This document shows, piece by piece, positions 30,956 through 40,013 of a DNA stretch of 64,000 nucleotides. Each line of letters opens with the position of its first letter. Within the stretch, counting starts at the first letter, position 1. The DNA is from Bacteroidota bacterium (GTDB taxonomy: Bacteria > Bacteroidota > Bacteroidia > AKYH767-A > OLB10): positions 67,219 to 131,218 of the forward strand of contig JADKFA010000001.1 in assembly GCA_016717725.1 (NCBI GenBank), read 5' to 3'. The notes under the pieces were generated by a model. It was not told the DNA's origin, made no database searches, and saw only the letters and a program-made list of their open reading frames with translations. The translations under genes and the position numbers were made by a program.

Positions 30956-32668
30956 TGAGGCCACTGAAAAAAGTCCTATTAAGACTTAAATGTTAATAAA
31001 AGGGAGTAGAAACGCAAGTTTATCTACTCCCTTTTTTGTATCTTGTATCAGACTAAAAGATTAAATTCGAGGCTGTTACAACAAGAAGAATTACGGTTTA
31101 GCGATTATAGTTCTCTTTATGATTTGATAGTCCCCAAAGGGAATTTATTAAGAAAGATAAACGACCTGATTGATTTTAGGTTTGTTTACAATGAATTGGT
31201 AAATAAATATTGTCACAATAATGGCCGTACAGCAGAAAGTCCTATTCGGATGTTCAAATATTTATTGCTAAAGACTATTTATGATATCTCAGATGTAGAT
31301 GTAGTAGAACGTTCACGTTATGATATGTCGTTCAAATATTTTTTAGATATGTCATCAGAAGAGGACGTGATTAATCCTAGTTCACTTACTAAATTTAGAA
31401 AGCTACGATTGAAAGATACCGACCTATTGAGTCTTTTGATAAATAAAACAGTGACCCTTGCGATTGAGAAAGGAGTTATCCGTTCTAAATCAATCATAGT
31501 TGATGCTACTCATACTTTATCGAGATCAAATCCATTCTCAGCAATCGAAGTTTTAAGGGAACGATCAAAACAACTTCGAAAAACTATTTATAGGTATGAT
31601 GAAGATTGGAAGGAACGAATGCCGAGAAAGAATATTGATAATGATTTAGAAAAGGAATTAGTTTATTGTAAAGAGCTTGAACGAATTGTTGAAAAGGATC
31701 AATCTATCAGTTCCATTCCTGCGGTACAAGAAAAATTAAATATCTTAAAGGAAACAGTTGAAGACACTCAAGAAAACCTAGTATTATCGAAAGATGAGGA
31801 TGCCAAAATAGGTCATAAATCTGCAGAGCGTTCGTTCTTTGGATATAAGACGCACATAGCTATGACTGAAGAGCGAATAATAACAGCAGCCGTGGTTACT
31901 TCAGGCGATAAAGGTGACGGGCCTGAGTTACCAAATCTTTTAGAAATTAGTCAAGAAAATGGCATTGAAGTCGACACAATAATAGGTGATGCAGCATACT
32001 CAGGAAAAGAAAATATCAAACTAACTAGAGAGCAAAATATTAAAATAGTAGCTAAGCTTAATCCATCAATTACACAAGGTTTTAGAAAAGACGAAGACAA
32101 ATTTGATTACAATAAGGATGCAGATATGTTTGTATGTCCTGCAGGCCACATTGCTATAAGAGAGGCCAGACAAGGAAAAAAAAACATAGGAGAAAATCAA
32201 GTAGACACGTACTACTTTGATATTGAAAAATGTAAAACCTGCCCTCTAAGAAACGGCTGCTATAAAGAAGGAGCAAAGACAAAAACCTACTCTGTATCTA
32301 TCAAATCTGACCATCATAAAGAACAAATTGCTTTTCAAGAAACAGAACACTTCAAGGAAAAGGCGAAACATCGATATAAAATTGAGGCAAAAAATGCAGA
32401 GTTAAAAAATGTTCATGGTTATCGTCGAGCAAAAGCATACGGCATAGTCAATATGCAAATGCAAAGTGCGATAGCAATTTTTACAGTAAATCTCAAAAGG
32501 ATCATTAAGTTGAGTGTGTAAAGACGCAAAACGCTCTATAGCACCAATTGAAACACCATTTTTGAATGGTTTTGGCAAAACATCAACACGACTAAAAGCG
32601 ATTAAGTTCAAAAGGAAGTTTGAACTTAATCGCTTTTTTAATTTAAGAGCACTTTTTCAGTGGCCTCA
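30956..32668 (+). mobile_element. IS1182-family insertion sequence (~1.71 kb) with imperfect terminal inverted repeats
   Basis: IRL is tgaggccactgaaaaaagtcc (30956-). IRR is gcactttttcagtggcctca (-32668). A single DDE transposase ORF lies inside, and the flanks form a split hairpin. Confidence 0.8.
31043..32521 (+). CDS. IS1182-family (IS5-like DDE) transposase
   Basis: N-terminal DUF772-like region (PIRMFKYLLLKTIYDISD), a DDE region (IVDATH.. GDAAYSG) and a C-terminal CxxC..C plus YRRAKAYG motif. Apparent TTG start. Confidence 0.85.
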   Translation: MYQTKRLNSRLLQQEELRFSDYSSLYDLIVPKGNLLRKINDLIDFRFVYNELVNKYCHNNGRTAESPIRMFKYLLLKTIYDISDVDVVERSRYDMSFKYFLDMSSEEDVINPSSLTKFRKLRLKDTDLLSLLINKTVTLAIEKGVIRSKSIIVDATHTLSRSNPFSAIEVLRERSKQLRKTIYRYDEDWKERMPRKNIDNDLEKELVYCKELERIVEKDQSISSIPAVQEKLNILKETVEDTQENLVLSKDEDAKIGHKSAERSFFGYKTHIAMTEERIITAAVVTSGDKGDGPELPNLLEISQENGIEVDTIIGDAAYSGKENIKLTREQNIKIVAKLNPSITQGFRKDEDKFDYNKDADMFVCPAGHIAIREARQGKKNIGENQVDTYYFDIEKCKTCPLRNGCYKEGAKTKTYSVSIKSDHHKEQIAFQETEHFKEKAKHRYKIEAKNAELKNVHGYRRAKAYGIVNMQMQSAIAIFTVNLKRIIKLSV

Positions 32669-32862
32669 TATTATGCGACTCTTTTTTTGTCGGCACCTTT
32701 AAATAAGGTCTACCGAATAAGTAGTGAGAATTTGATTTATTATAAATTAGATATCACGTTCAGGGGTACACATGAAATTAAAAAGTCAAGTTTAAAATAA
32801 TTCCATCACTATAATTTATTTTTTTGCATGGATATTATTGAAATTAATCCATTAAATTTTCA

Positions 32863-32911
32863 ATCACGTTGTTGTTGAGGCAGGTATGACCTGCCTCAAC
32901 AACAACGTGAT
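32863..32911. repeat. Perfect 23-bp-arm palindrome with a 3-nt loop
   Basis: atcacgttgttgttgaggcaggt-atg-acctgcctcaacaacaacgtgat. Confidence 0.85.
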
Positions 32912-32929
32912 ATTGATTGAGAGTGAAAG

Positions 32930-32963
32930 CTTGTTGAGACAAGGTATGCCTTGTCTCAACAAG
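32930..32963. repeat. Second, related palindrome (15-bp arms, 4-nt loop)
   Basis: cttgttgagacaagg-tatg-ccttgtctcaacaag shares the gttgag.ca.ggtatg core with the first palindrome. Confidence 0.85.
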
Positions 32964-33068
32964 TACAATTATCCTCTACAAGAATTATATTGCTAATGAT
33001 TCATACACTTTAAGTTCGTACTCAAATAAATTCCGAACCCTCGAGATGAATTCCTTCTTCAGTAAATT

Positions 33069-33479
33069 TTATATATCTATTGGTTCATGCCATTTTTTAA
33101 TGGATGTTTTTTTCATTGACTCAATCAATCTATTTCGACAAATTAAATATTCATCGTGCATTGGACATGGATTCTTGGCGCTACACTTGAGTCGACCCAT
33201 TAAACATGAATTTAATATTTGATCACCATCCACTGCATGCAATAACTCATAAATGGTAACTTCACTTTTCTTCTTATCCATCCAAAAGCCACCTCCCGGA
33301 CCTTTCACAGAATGTAAAAATCCTTTTCGAACTAATTCTTGCATAATTTTCCCTAAATAATGCTGTGAAAGCTGAATAGACGAAGCTAACTCATCCAAAC
33401 TCACCTTTTTCTCCACCTTACTTTCTTGTGCTATGTAAGTCATAGCCCTCAACGCATACGCAAATGTTCTTGAAAACAT
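33069..33479 (-). CDS. Rrf2 family transcriptional regulator (NsrR/IscR-like), divergent from the nos cluster
   Basis: MFSRTFAYALRAMTYIA start and three C-terminal Cys (C..C....C) suited to an Fe-S cluster. The start was chosen at the internal Met. Confidence 0.8.
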   Translation of the reverse strand: MFSRTFAYALRAMTYIAQESKVEKKVSLDELASSIQLSQHYLGKIMQELVRKGFLHSVKGPGGGFWMDKKKSEVTIYELLHAVDGDQILNSCLMGRLKCSAKNPCPMHDEYLICRNRLIESMKKTSIKKWHEPIDI

Positions 33480-33694
33480 AATCACGCAAAATAATAACAT
33501 CCATAAGCGATATTGGGTGATATTAATCATATTTACGACTGAAATTTAGTATCTTCGAACAATTAGTCGTTTTCAAGACTTAAATCATAAAAAGAACTGA
33601 CATTCCTCCTTTTCTTCACAATCGGCTAGAAGTAGGTTTGCATCATAATAAAAGACATTCCACTCTTTTAATAAATAAAAAAAAAACAACCACT

Positions 33695-34159
33695 ATGAAA
33701 TTGAAAATTCTGATGGCAAGCATGCTGAGTATTTCTCTCTTTGCCTGCACCTCGAAACAAGAAGCTGAAGATGCTGCGAAAAATTCTCCTTCACCCGTTG
33801 AAGCTGCGGCTGAACAGCCAGAAGTACATGGAGTAGAAATAAAAGATCTTGAACTTACCAATCCACTAAATAAGGAGTGGATAACAAATGGCGAAAAAAT
33901 TTACGACAGCAAATGTTTGTCATGTCATAAGTTAACGGATGAAAAAGTAGTAGGTCCAGGCTGGAAAGGTGTCACTCAACGAAGAAAACCAATTTGGATT
34001 ATGAACATGATTTTAAATGTAGAAATAATGTTAGATGAAGATCCGGAAGCACAACTTTTACTTGAGCAATGTTTAATTCGTATGCCCAATCAAAACTTAA
34101 CTCATGATGAGGCTCGACAAGTAGTGGAGTTCATGCGTCACAACGATGGAGAAAAATAA
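33695..34159 (+). CDS. monoheme c-type cytochrome lipoprotein (nos-associated)
   Basis: Lipobox LFAC and CLSCH heme motif. It lies immediately upstream of nosZ and overlaps its extended ORF. Confidence 0.75.
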   Translation: MKLKILMASMLSISLFACTSKQEAEDAAKNSPSPVEAAAEQPEVHGVEIKDLELTNPLNKEWITNGEKIYDSKCLSCHKLTDEKVVGPGWKGVTQRRKPIWIMNMILNVEIMLDEDPEAQLLLEQCLIRMPNQNLTHDEARQVVEFMRHNDGEK

Positions 34160-34187
34160 AAAACTTAACCTAATTACAACTATATAT

Positions 34188-36185
34188 ATGAAAATCTATC
34201 ACTTAATTACGGCCACTGCAGTTCCGCTATTACTGCTCGCATTAACGGGATGTGCACCAAAAAATCCGACCCAAGCCATCACTGGCGATGCAGCAGAGAA
34301 AGTATATGTTGCTCCTGGAAAACACGATGCTTACTACAGTTTTGTTTCCGGTGGATTTAGTGGACAAGTATCGGTTTATGGACTTCCATCTGGAAGGCTA
34401 TTCCGTGTAATTCCGGTATTTTCTCAAGACCCTCAAACAGGTTGGGGATATTCGGAAGAAACGAAACCTATGTTGAATACATCACATGGTTTTACACCTT
34501 GGGACGACAGTCACCATATTGCATTGTCAACCACCAATGGTGAGCACGATGGCAAATGGGTTTTTATAAATGGGAATAACACCCCTCGAATTGCGAGAAT
34601 TAGCTTGAAAACATTTCGCACTGAAGAAGTCATTGAAATTCCAAATGCATCGGGAAACCACTCCTCCCCATTCCTAACTGAAAACTCAGAATATGCCGTT
34701 GCTGGTACTCGTTTTTCATTCCCGCTCGATTATGATGGAGAAACAGTTGACGTTCCGATTAATTCTTACAAAAAGAATTTTAAAGGCACCGTTTCTTTTG
34801 TAAGTATTAACAAAGAAAGTGGAAACATGGCTGTTGCGTTCCAACTGTTATTACCCGGAATCAACTTCGACTTATCAAGAGGTGGACGTGGTCCTTCTAA
34901 AGATTGGTTCTTCTTTAGTTGCTACAACACTGAATTAGCGAATACTTTGTTAGAGGTGAATGCATCTCAAAAGGACAAAGATTTTATTATGGCTGTAAAC
35001 TGGAAAAAAGCGGAACAATATATTGCTGCTGGAAAAGGAAAGAAGTTAAATGTAAACTATGCACATAATGTATATAGCGATGAAACCCACACCTCCACTT
35101 CTACCATGATAAAAGAAATCCTTGCACTTGATCCTATTGAGTTAAAAGACATCGTTTATTTTATGCCATGTCCAAAATCTCCTCATGGTTGTGATGTAGA
35201 TCCAAGTGGTAAGTATATTGTAGGATCTGGCAAATTAGCAGCACTTATTCCTGTATTCTCATTTGACAAAATGATAGCCGCCATTGCAGCGAAAAATTTC
35301 GAAGGAGAATTTGAAGGCATTCCCGTTTTAAAATACGAATCTGTTTTACATGGTGAAGTGAAGAAGCCAGGCTTAGGCCCTCTACATACAGAATTTGATG
35401 GAAAGGGATTTGCTTACACTTCTATGTTTGTATCCTCTGAAATTGTAAAATGGAATATTGAAAATTTAACTGTGGTGGATCGAGTTCCAACATACTATTC
35501 TATTGGCCATCTCAGTATACCCGGGGGTCCTACTGCTAAGCCACACGGTCAATATGTTATAGCTTACAATAAAATAACAAAAGATCGCTATTTACCAACT
35601 GGTCCTGAATTGACTCAATCGGCACAGATATATGATATCTCTGGTGAGAAAATGAAGTTACTTCTTGACTTTCCTACTATTGGCGAACCGCACTATGCAG
35701 AAGCATTACCCGCAAAATTGGTAGAGCCCAATAGTGTCAAATTCTTCAAAATTGAAGACAATAAGCATCCTTACGTTACTAAAAGCGAAAAAGAAGCGAA
35801 GGTTGTTCGTCAAGGCAATCAAGTACATGTGTATATGACATGCATTCGTTCACATTTTGTTCCAGATAATATTGAAGGAATTAAAATGGGAGATGTACTC
35901 TACTTCCACATTACAAATCTTGAGCAAGATTGGGATGTACCACATGGATTTGCAATTAAAGGTGCGAACAATGCTGAATTATTAATCATGCCAGGTGAGA
36001 CGGCTACATTAAAATGGAGTCCAGATCGTGTTGGAGTGAGTCCTATGTATTGCACAGATTTTTGCTCTGCTCTACATCAAGAAATGCAAGGTTATGTAAG
36101 AGTTTCTCCTGCTGGATCATCAACTCCATTGAAATGGAGCACGGGTGAAACACCAGAAGCAAATTTATCGGCTGATGTAAAATAA
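34188..36185 (+). CDS. nosZ: nitrous-oxide reductase, clade II (Sec/lipoprotein-type signal)
   Basis: The N-terminus MKIYHLITATAVPLLLLALTGC has no twin-arginine. His-rich propeller, and a C-terminal CuA motif HGF...CTDFCSALHQEM. Confidence 0.95.
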   Translation: MKIYHLITATAVPLLLLALTGCAPKNPTQAITGDAAEKVYVAPGKHDAYYSFVSGGFSGQVSVYGLPSGRLFRVIPVFSQDPQTGWGYSEETKPMLNTSHGFTPWDDSHHIALSTTNGEHDGKWVFINGNNTPRIARISLKTFRTEEVIEIPNASGNHSSPFLTENSEYAVAGTRFSFPLDYDGETVDVPINSYKKNFKGTVSFVSINKESGNMAVAFQLLLPGINFDLSRGGRGPSKDWFFFSCYNTELANTLLEVNASQKDKDFIMAVNWKKAEQYIAAGKGKKLNVNYAHNVYSDETHTSTSTMIKEILALDPIELKDIVYFMPCPKSPHGCDVDPSGKYIVGSGKLAALIPVFSFDKMIAAIAAKNFEGEFEGIPVLKYESVLHGEVKKPGLGPLHTEFDGKGFAYTSMFVSSEIVKWNIENLTVVDRVPTYYSIGHLSIPGGPTAKPHGQYVIAYNKITKDRYLPTGPELTQSAQIYDISGEKMKLLLDFPTIGEPHYAEALPAKLVEPNSVKFFKIEDNKHPYVTKSEKEAKVVRQGNQVHVYMTCIRSHFVPDNIEGIKMGDVLYFHITNLEQDWDVPHGFAIKGANNAELLIMPGETATLKWSPDRVGVSPMYCTDFCSALHQEMQGYVRVSPAGSSTPLKWSTGETPEANLSADVK

Positions 36186-36199
36186 TAAATTCTTCTGTG

Positions 36200-36229
36200 G
36201 GGGACTCATTGTATTGCCATTGAGTCCCC
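36200..36229 (+). terminator. Hairpin plus T-tract directly after nosZ (intra-operon terminator/attenuator candidate)
   Basis: ggggactca-N12-tgagtcccc followed by ttta. Confidence 0.5.
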
Positions 36230-36251
36230 TTTAGAAGAGAATTAAAAAACT

Positions 36252-37280
36252 ATGAAACCTATATCGAGAATTTTAATTGCCCTTTCATCTTTGTCAATGC
36301 TAGCCACTTTTTTTCTTCCGCTTTGGCAGATACAACTATGGGCACCTCAATATCCAGAGGGACTAAACATGAAAATTTGGCATAATCACTTAAGTGGAGC
36401 GTTCGATATTATCAATGGATTGAATCATTACATTGGAATGCGTTTGATTAAGGAGGAGATGTTCCCTGAATTGCAGTATATAGGTATTCTAATAGGTATT
36501 TATATTGCCATCGGTTTAATAGCTTCCATTTCAAATAAAGTAACAATGCTCAAAATTTATACCCTTACAGGTATCACTTATGGTGTTGCGGCACTCTATG
36601 ATTTTTACAGATGGGGATATGATTACGGACACAACTTAGATCCTCATGCGGCCATTCAAGTTCCTGGTATGAGCTATCAACCACCTGTTGTAGGATACAA
36701 AAACTTGCTCAACTTCACTGCTTACTCTGGTCCTGATCAAGGAGGATGGATCATCGTTATTGCAAGCATTGTTGCTTTGAGTGTATTAATTTATACTATT
36801 TGGTCAAACAAAAAATCAAAATTCAAATCAATATCAATCAATGTAAGTACGAGCGTAGTTCCCTTGGTTTCGATATTACTATTTAATGCCTGTAACTCAT
36901 CAGAACCAGCACCTATTCGACTAGGCAAAGATGAATGCACGCATTGTAAAATGATGATAACTGACCCTCGATTTGGTGCAGAAATCATTACAAAAACTAA
37001 CAAACTATATAAATTCGACGATGCAAATTGTTTAAATAATTACATCAAAAATAACGAAAAACTTCAATCGAAAATTAACCTTATCTATTTTGTGGATTAT
37101 GGGAATGAATCTAAATTTGTTTTAGCCCATCAAGCATTTTATCTTCAATCGGAAGAAATAAAAAGTCCTATGGGAAGTGCGGTTGCAGCCTTCAGTAACA
37201 AGAAACAACTTGCTGAAACCGCCTCCTCACTCTCACAAAGCAAAGCCCTCACTTGGAACGAGGCAAGTAAAGTATATTAA
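36252..37280 (+). CDS. nosL: fusion ORF: NosB-like integral membrane domain plus a NosL copper-chaperone domain
   Basis: The N-terminal ~190 aa has 4-5 TM segments. Then comes an internal lipobox-like LLFNAC, then the NosL signature CTHCKMMI..YKFDDANCL..SPMGS. Confidence 0.7.
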   Translation: MKPISRILIALSSLSMLATFFLPLWQIQLWAPQYPEGLNMKIWHNHLSGAFDIINGLNHYIGMRLIKEEMFPELQYIGILIGIYIAIGLIASISNKVTMLKIYTLTGITYGVAALYDFYRWGYDYGHNLDPHAAIQVPGMSYQPPVVGYKNLLNFTAYSGPDQGGWIIVIASIVALSVLIYTIWSNKKSKFKSISINVSTSVVPLVSILLFNACNSSEPAPIRLGKDECTHCKMMITDPRFGAEIITKTNKLYKFDDANCLNNYIKNNEKLQSKINLIYFVDYGNESKFVLAHQAFYLQSEEIKSPMGSAVAAFSNKKQLAETASSLSQSKALTWNEASKVY

Positions 37281-37284
37281 ATCC

Positions 37285-38562
37285 ATGAACAACAAGTACA
37301 GCATTCTTATTTTTATTCTGTTTGCATCCATCAAACTGAATGCTGCTGTACTTACTTGCGGCAACAAAACAAATTGTCAATACATTCAAAATGCCATAAA
37401 CGCTGCTTTTCCTTTTGACACCATTGAAGTTCAACCTGGGCATTACAAACAGGGAAATCTACTCATCACCAAACCGCTTTCACTGCTTGCAAATGGAGAG
37501 GTAATTCTTGATGGAAATTTTAATTGTGAAATTATTACTATTAAAAGTAATCATGTTTTTATTCGCGGGTTCTCTATAAAAAATAGTTCCAATTTGAGTA
37601 GCATTGATATTGCCGGAATCAAAGTTTTAGCTTGCCAGCATGTAACCATTGAAAACAATAAAGTTGAAAAATGTTCTTTTGGAATCTACTTATCAAATAC
37701 CACACATTGCAAAGTGCAAAACAATTTTATTTCAGGAAATGTATTATCCGAAACTAATATTGGAAATGGTATTCACTGTTGGAAAGCAGATAGTAACTCC
37801 ATTGAAAACAATGAGGTGACAAATCAACGTGATGGAATTTACTTTGAATTTGTTACAAACACAACGATTAACAAAAACTTTTCACATCATAATTTAAGAT
37901 ATGGATTGCACTTCATGTTCTCTCACTCCAATACTTATACAAACAATAAATTTTCTAATAATGGTGCTGGAGTTGCTGTGATGTACTCTCACCATGTTAC
38001 CATGAAGAATAATCTATTCGAATATAACTGGGGAGCTAGTGCCTATGGCTTATTATTAAAGGAAATAAACGACAGTGAGATCACTGGAAACATATTTACC
38101 TATAACTCCGCTGCGATTTATATGGAAGGAAGTAACCGAGTAAATATGTCTCGCAATATATTCAGCAATAATGGCTGGGCTATGCGAATTCAATCTAGCT
38201 GTGTAGACAATATCATTGAACATAATAATTTCGTAGGAAATACATTTGATGTCTCCACGAACGGAGAAACACAACTCAGCAATTTCAATTCAAACTACTG
38301 GGATAAATACGAAGGTTATGATTTAAATCGAGATGGAGAAGGTGATATTCCATATCGTCCGGTAAGTCTTTTCTCTGTGATTGTTGAACAGCTTCCACCT
38401 TCTCTTTTATTATTGAGAAGCTTTATGGTTTACTTATTAGATAAGGCTGAAAAAATAATTCCTTCTTTGACTCCTGAATATTTAATTGATAACAAACCTG
38501 TCATTAAAATGATTGAACTAGACAACCAACCTATTGCAATTAGTAATACAAACAAAGAGTAA
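37285..38562 (+). CDS. nosD: nitrous oxide reductase maturation protein NosD (periplasmic beta-helix)
   Basis: Signal peptide MNNKYSILIFILFASIKLNA and repeated N.I..N parallel beta-helix repeats. The start was chosen at 37285 rather than the overlapping 37177. Confidence 0.85.
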   Translation: MNNKYSILIFILFASIKLNAAVLTCGNKTNCQYIQNAINAAFPFDTIEVQPGHYKQGNLLITKPLSLLANGEVILDGNFNCEIITIKSNHVFIRGFSIKNSSNLSSIDIAGIKVLACQHVTIENNKVEKCSFGIYLSNTTHCKVQNNFISGNVLSETNIGNGIHCWKADSNSIENNEVTNQRDGIYFEFVTNTTINKNFSHHNLRYGLHFMFSHSNTYTNNKFSNNGAGVAVMYSHHVTMKNNLFEYNWGASAYGLLLKEINDSEITGNIFTYNSAAIYMEGSNRVNMSRNIFSNNGWAMRIQSSCVDNIIEHNNFVGNTFDVSTNGETQLSNFNSNYWDKYEGYDLNRDGEGDIPYRPVSLFSVIVEQLPPSLLLLRSFMVYLLDKAEKIIPSLTPEYLIDNKPVIKMIELDNQPIAISNTNKE

Positions 38563-38588
38563 TCTAACCACTATTAACTTACAACAAA

Positions 38589-39164
38589 ATGAAAAAAAAC
38601 ATTGCTTCCATTTTCGTCATGGGTATTTCTATAGCATCCTTGACGCTTCTCAACAGTTGCGGTTCAAAAACTGAAGAGAGTACTACAACTCCGAGCACTG
38701 AAGAGACTACCGACCTGGGTGGACAGTCTGCCGTAAAGGATGATGACTCACAAAAGGACATTGTTAAAGTAGCATCTGAAAGTGCAGATCACACTACTTT
38801 AGTTGCCGCTATAAAAGCCGCTGAATATGTGGATGTGCTTAGCAACGCAGGTCCGTTTACCGTATTTGCCCCTACTAATGATGCATTCAACAAATTGCCT
38901 GAAGGCACCGTTGAAACATTAGTAAAACCTGAAAACAAAGATAAACTTCGTGATATTTTAGAATATCATGTAGCGGTAGCCGTGTATAAAACAGATATGT
39001 TTAAAGACGGACAAATAATTAACATGGCGAATTTAGGAAACGTAAAAATCACCATTAAGAACGGGGAAATATTCATCAATGAAAATGCAAAAATCATTGG
39101 TACCGTTCTCTCCTCCAATGGAATTATACATGTTGTTGACAACGTACTATTAGAAAAGAAATAA
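38589..39164 (+). CDS. fasciclin (FAS1) domain lipoprotein
   Basis: Lipobox LLNSC, plus FTVFAPTNDAF, H-box and NGIIHVVD motifs. Confidence 0.8.
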   Translation: MKKNIASIFVMGISIASLTLLNSCGSKTEESTTTPSTEETTDLGGQSAVKDDDSQKDIVKVASESADHTTLVAAIKAAEYVDVLSNAGPFTVFAPTNDAFNKLPEGTVETLVKPENKDKLRDILEYHVAVAVYKTDMFKDGQIINMANLGNVKITIKNGEIFINENAKIIGTVLSSNGIIHVVDNVLLEKK

Positions 39165-39166
39165 TT

Positions 39167-39886
39167 TTGATTGCATTTAAAAATATTAGTAAATCGTTTG
39201 GCAAAACAAAAATTCTAGACCAACTAAATCTAGAGCTTTTGAAAGGGCAATCCATTGCGCTTATTGGTCCAAATGGGTCTGGAAAAACAACATTAATTAA
39301 ATGTTTATTAGGATTAGTAGTTCCTACTTCGGGCGAAATACAAATTGACGGAGTAGATACGATTGGCACTTGGTTGCATCGCAGTAATATTGGATACATG
39401 CCTCAAATAGGACGGTATCCAGACAACATTACTGTGATGCAACTTTTTGAAATGATTAAAGAAGTTCGAAAAGATACATACACAAAGTTGGATGAAGAGT
39501 TACTTCATTCATTTGATATTTTCAAATTTGAAAATAAAACCATGCGCTCATTGAGCGGAGGAATGCGACAAAAAGTGAGCGCCTGCTTGGCATTTATGTT
39601 TGATCCAGAAATATTAATTCTAGACGAACCCACCGCAGGATTGGATCCCATCTCCTCAGAAATACTGAAAGAGAAATTAAAAAAGGAATTAAACAAAGGG
39701 AAACTTGTTCTCATCACTTCCCATATTTTAAGTGATCTGGAGGAACTAACTGATAAAATTATTTATCTCAATGAGGGTAAAATAGTTTTCTTCAAAAAAG
39801 TAGAAGAACTAAAATCTGAAACAGGGTCCATAAATTTATCAAAAACAATTGCGCGAATAATGGAGATGCAAAACAACCTTTCTTAG
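39167..39886 (+). CDS. nosF: ABC transporter ATP-binding protein NosF
   Basis: Walker A GPNGSGKT, signature LSGGMRQK and Walker B ILILDEP. Apparent TTG start 2 nt after the fasciclin stop. Confidence 0.8.
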   Translation: MIAFKNISKSFGKTKILDQLNLELLKGQSIALIGPNGSGKTTLIKCLLGLVVPTSGEIQIDGVDTIGTWLHRSNIGYMPQIGRYPDNITVMQLFEMIKEVRKDTYTKLDEELLHSFDIFKFENKTMRSLSGGMRQKVSACLAFMFDPEILILDEPTAGLDPISSEILKEKLKKELNKGKLVLITSHILSDLEELTDKIIYLNEGKIVFFKKVEELKSETGSINLSKTIARIMEMQNNLS

Positions 39887-40013
39887 AATATCAATGATGG
39901 AAATGCGTAAATTTGATAATAAGTTGGGGAATCGACATAGGAATCAGATAGAAGGTTCAGGAACTTTCGCATCCGCAATTTTATTAAAACATGAAGATCC
40001 GTCTACCATTAAA

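Noticed and set aside
33531-33694. I looked for an NsrR/FNR-type operator in the rrf2-nos divergent promoter region.
   Set aside because: Only a weak 6-bp inverted repeat (acgact..agtcgt, 24-nt spacer) is present. There is no convincing match to known Rrf2 or FNR boxes by eye.
37177-37284. The extended nosD start at 37177 overlaps nosL by ~100 nt.
   Set aside because: The extension has no signal peptide character. The Met at 37285 gives a canonical signal peptide right after the nosL stop.
39894-40013. The 40-aa hydrophilic N-terminal extension of nosY might be a separate small gene or domain.
   Set aside because: It has no recognisable motif. It may simply be upstream sequence in frame, so the start was left uncertain rather than calling a feature.
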